Shown one piece after another: positions 62,708-64,000 of a stretch of DNA of 64,000 nt. The stretch covers positions 5,868,828-5,932,827 of the forward strand of contig CAJINV010000004.1 of NCBI GenBank assembly GCA_905178155.1. Direction: 5' to 3'. The DNA comes from Amoebophrya sp. A120. Taxonomy: Eukaryota; Protista; Dinoflagellata. Every line of letters begins with the position of its first letter. The first letter of the stretch is position 1. Position numbers and translations under genes: made by a program. The notes under the pieces were generated by a model. The model had not been told where the DNA came from and did not search any database. It saw nothing but the letters and a program-made list of their open reading frames with translations.

Positions 62708-64000
62708 CACAGACGGCTGCTGGTGGTCGGCGCAAAACTCATTATTTTCGGGAGAGTCAAGGTACGCGGGGGCCTGTGATTGTGGAGTTCTTCTAGTTTT
62801 GTTTTTGGGTTATCTTCGATCAAAGGATCGATGCCGTGCAATACGCAACGGCAACATGAAACAGACAACACTTTGGTGTAGTAATAGCGTGTCTACTAAT
62901 TTCTTACCTGGAACGCGACTCCTGGAGAGCTTGTTGCGGATTCGTGGCGACTGCGACTGCCGTCCGTCGAAGCTGACATGTTGGCGTTAAGACCGGTTTT
63001 TTCCCTTGGCGTCGTGGTCTCTTCTTCCAGCGGCTACTGCAGTCGTGGTTGTCGCAAGAGGTAAAAGACGATAGATCAGAGAGCACCGCTGTTATTTTGT
63101 CATTTTTAGAACCTAACGAGCTTAGACTTACAACTACTTCCTCAGCTTCTACTCCTTACTGACATCATGATCATCTTAATCCTCTGCCCACCCTTTTCAC
63201 TGGACACCGGTTCCAACGCGTAGAGCCCATAACAACTCCGGCATGCCGCGTCATAATCATAAAACCATGTCGCCGCGGCCTGAGGAGGCGACAGGAAACG
63301 GCGTCCCTATTCTTCTCTCTCAACGAGCATCGGAATCTCTCACTACAGCAGGAGTGAATCGGTTGGAGAGCCGCCATGATAAGTTTAAGTACCTCCTCTT
63401 CTCTTCTTCCTGTGCATTTTCAAAACCAATACCAATGCCAATGGGAGGAACGCGAACGAAACATAAACATTGTGAAGACGACCACGACGCCGGCGGTAAG
63501 AGTAGTGCAGCGAAGTGAAAATGAGCTGCGACAGCCGCAAGGATAACTTCAAAATTAAGTAGTTTCTGTTTTTCCGAATCCGATCGTAACTCGACCTCAA
63601 GGACAATAATTTCGCAAATACGGTTACGGACGTCAACTCCTGAAGACCAAAAGATTGAAAAGCTTAAAGCTTGACTTCCACGTGCTCGCAAATTTTGCAG
63701 TAGTTTCAAGATAAGGTGGGAAGAAGACCACGCTATTAACTGTACCTATGCCTACACAATGACTACGAAACGGCTGGTGCTGTGTCTGTAGGAAAAGAAA
63801 CTGTACTAATTACATCCAAAATAGCTGCTCTGTGCAGGCAAAAGAAAATGCACAAAGGGTTTGGCTTTGTGGCTCCAAAATCAAAAATTGTCGAGGACAT
63901 AATTTCGGTAACGGTTTTATATCCCTTTGCAGTTCATCTTCATCCCAATTCGGGGACATGGTGACAAATAACGAAACGGTAAGTGATAGAGACAGTTTCC

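Overview
Eukaryotic, intron-rich DNA. It most resembles a syndinean dinoflagellate parasite such as Amoebophrya (inferred from the non-canonical inverted-repeat introns and same-strand gene order). I can reconstruct eight protein-coding genes, all on the minus strand: PIG-B (GPI mannosyltransferase 3), a DOMON/copper type II DBH-like monooxygenase, INO1 and five hypothetical proteins. The genes carry 37 small (145-326 bp) inserts from about 8 families, nearly all in exons. Each has terminal inverted repeats (TIRs), mostly TA...TA ends and a 5-bp direct repeat (target-site duplication, TSD). For the exonic copies, removing the insert plus one TSD restores the reading frame, so they are introner-type non-canonical introns. 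The main find is a 7,672-bp insert (20795-28466) with the same TIR + 5-bp-TSD structure whose removal fuses two ORFs in frame. It contains a GC-rich foldback satellite and a nested non-autonomous LTR retroelement with apparently identical LTRs and two primer-binding-site (PBS)-like sequences. Other points: a 1.56-kb element nested inside an introner TIR in PIG-B, a GCATNACAAA motif shared across the small families, and two GT-AG introns that look like decayed introners. All coordinates and splice models were read by eye; there is no transcript evidence.
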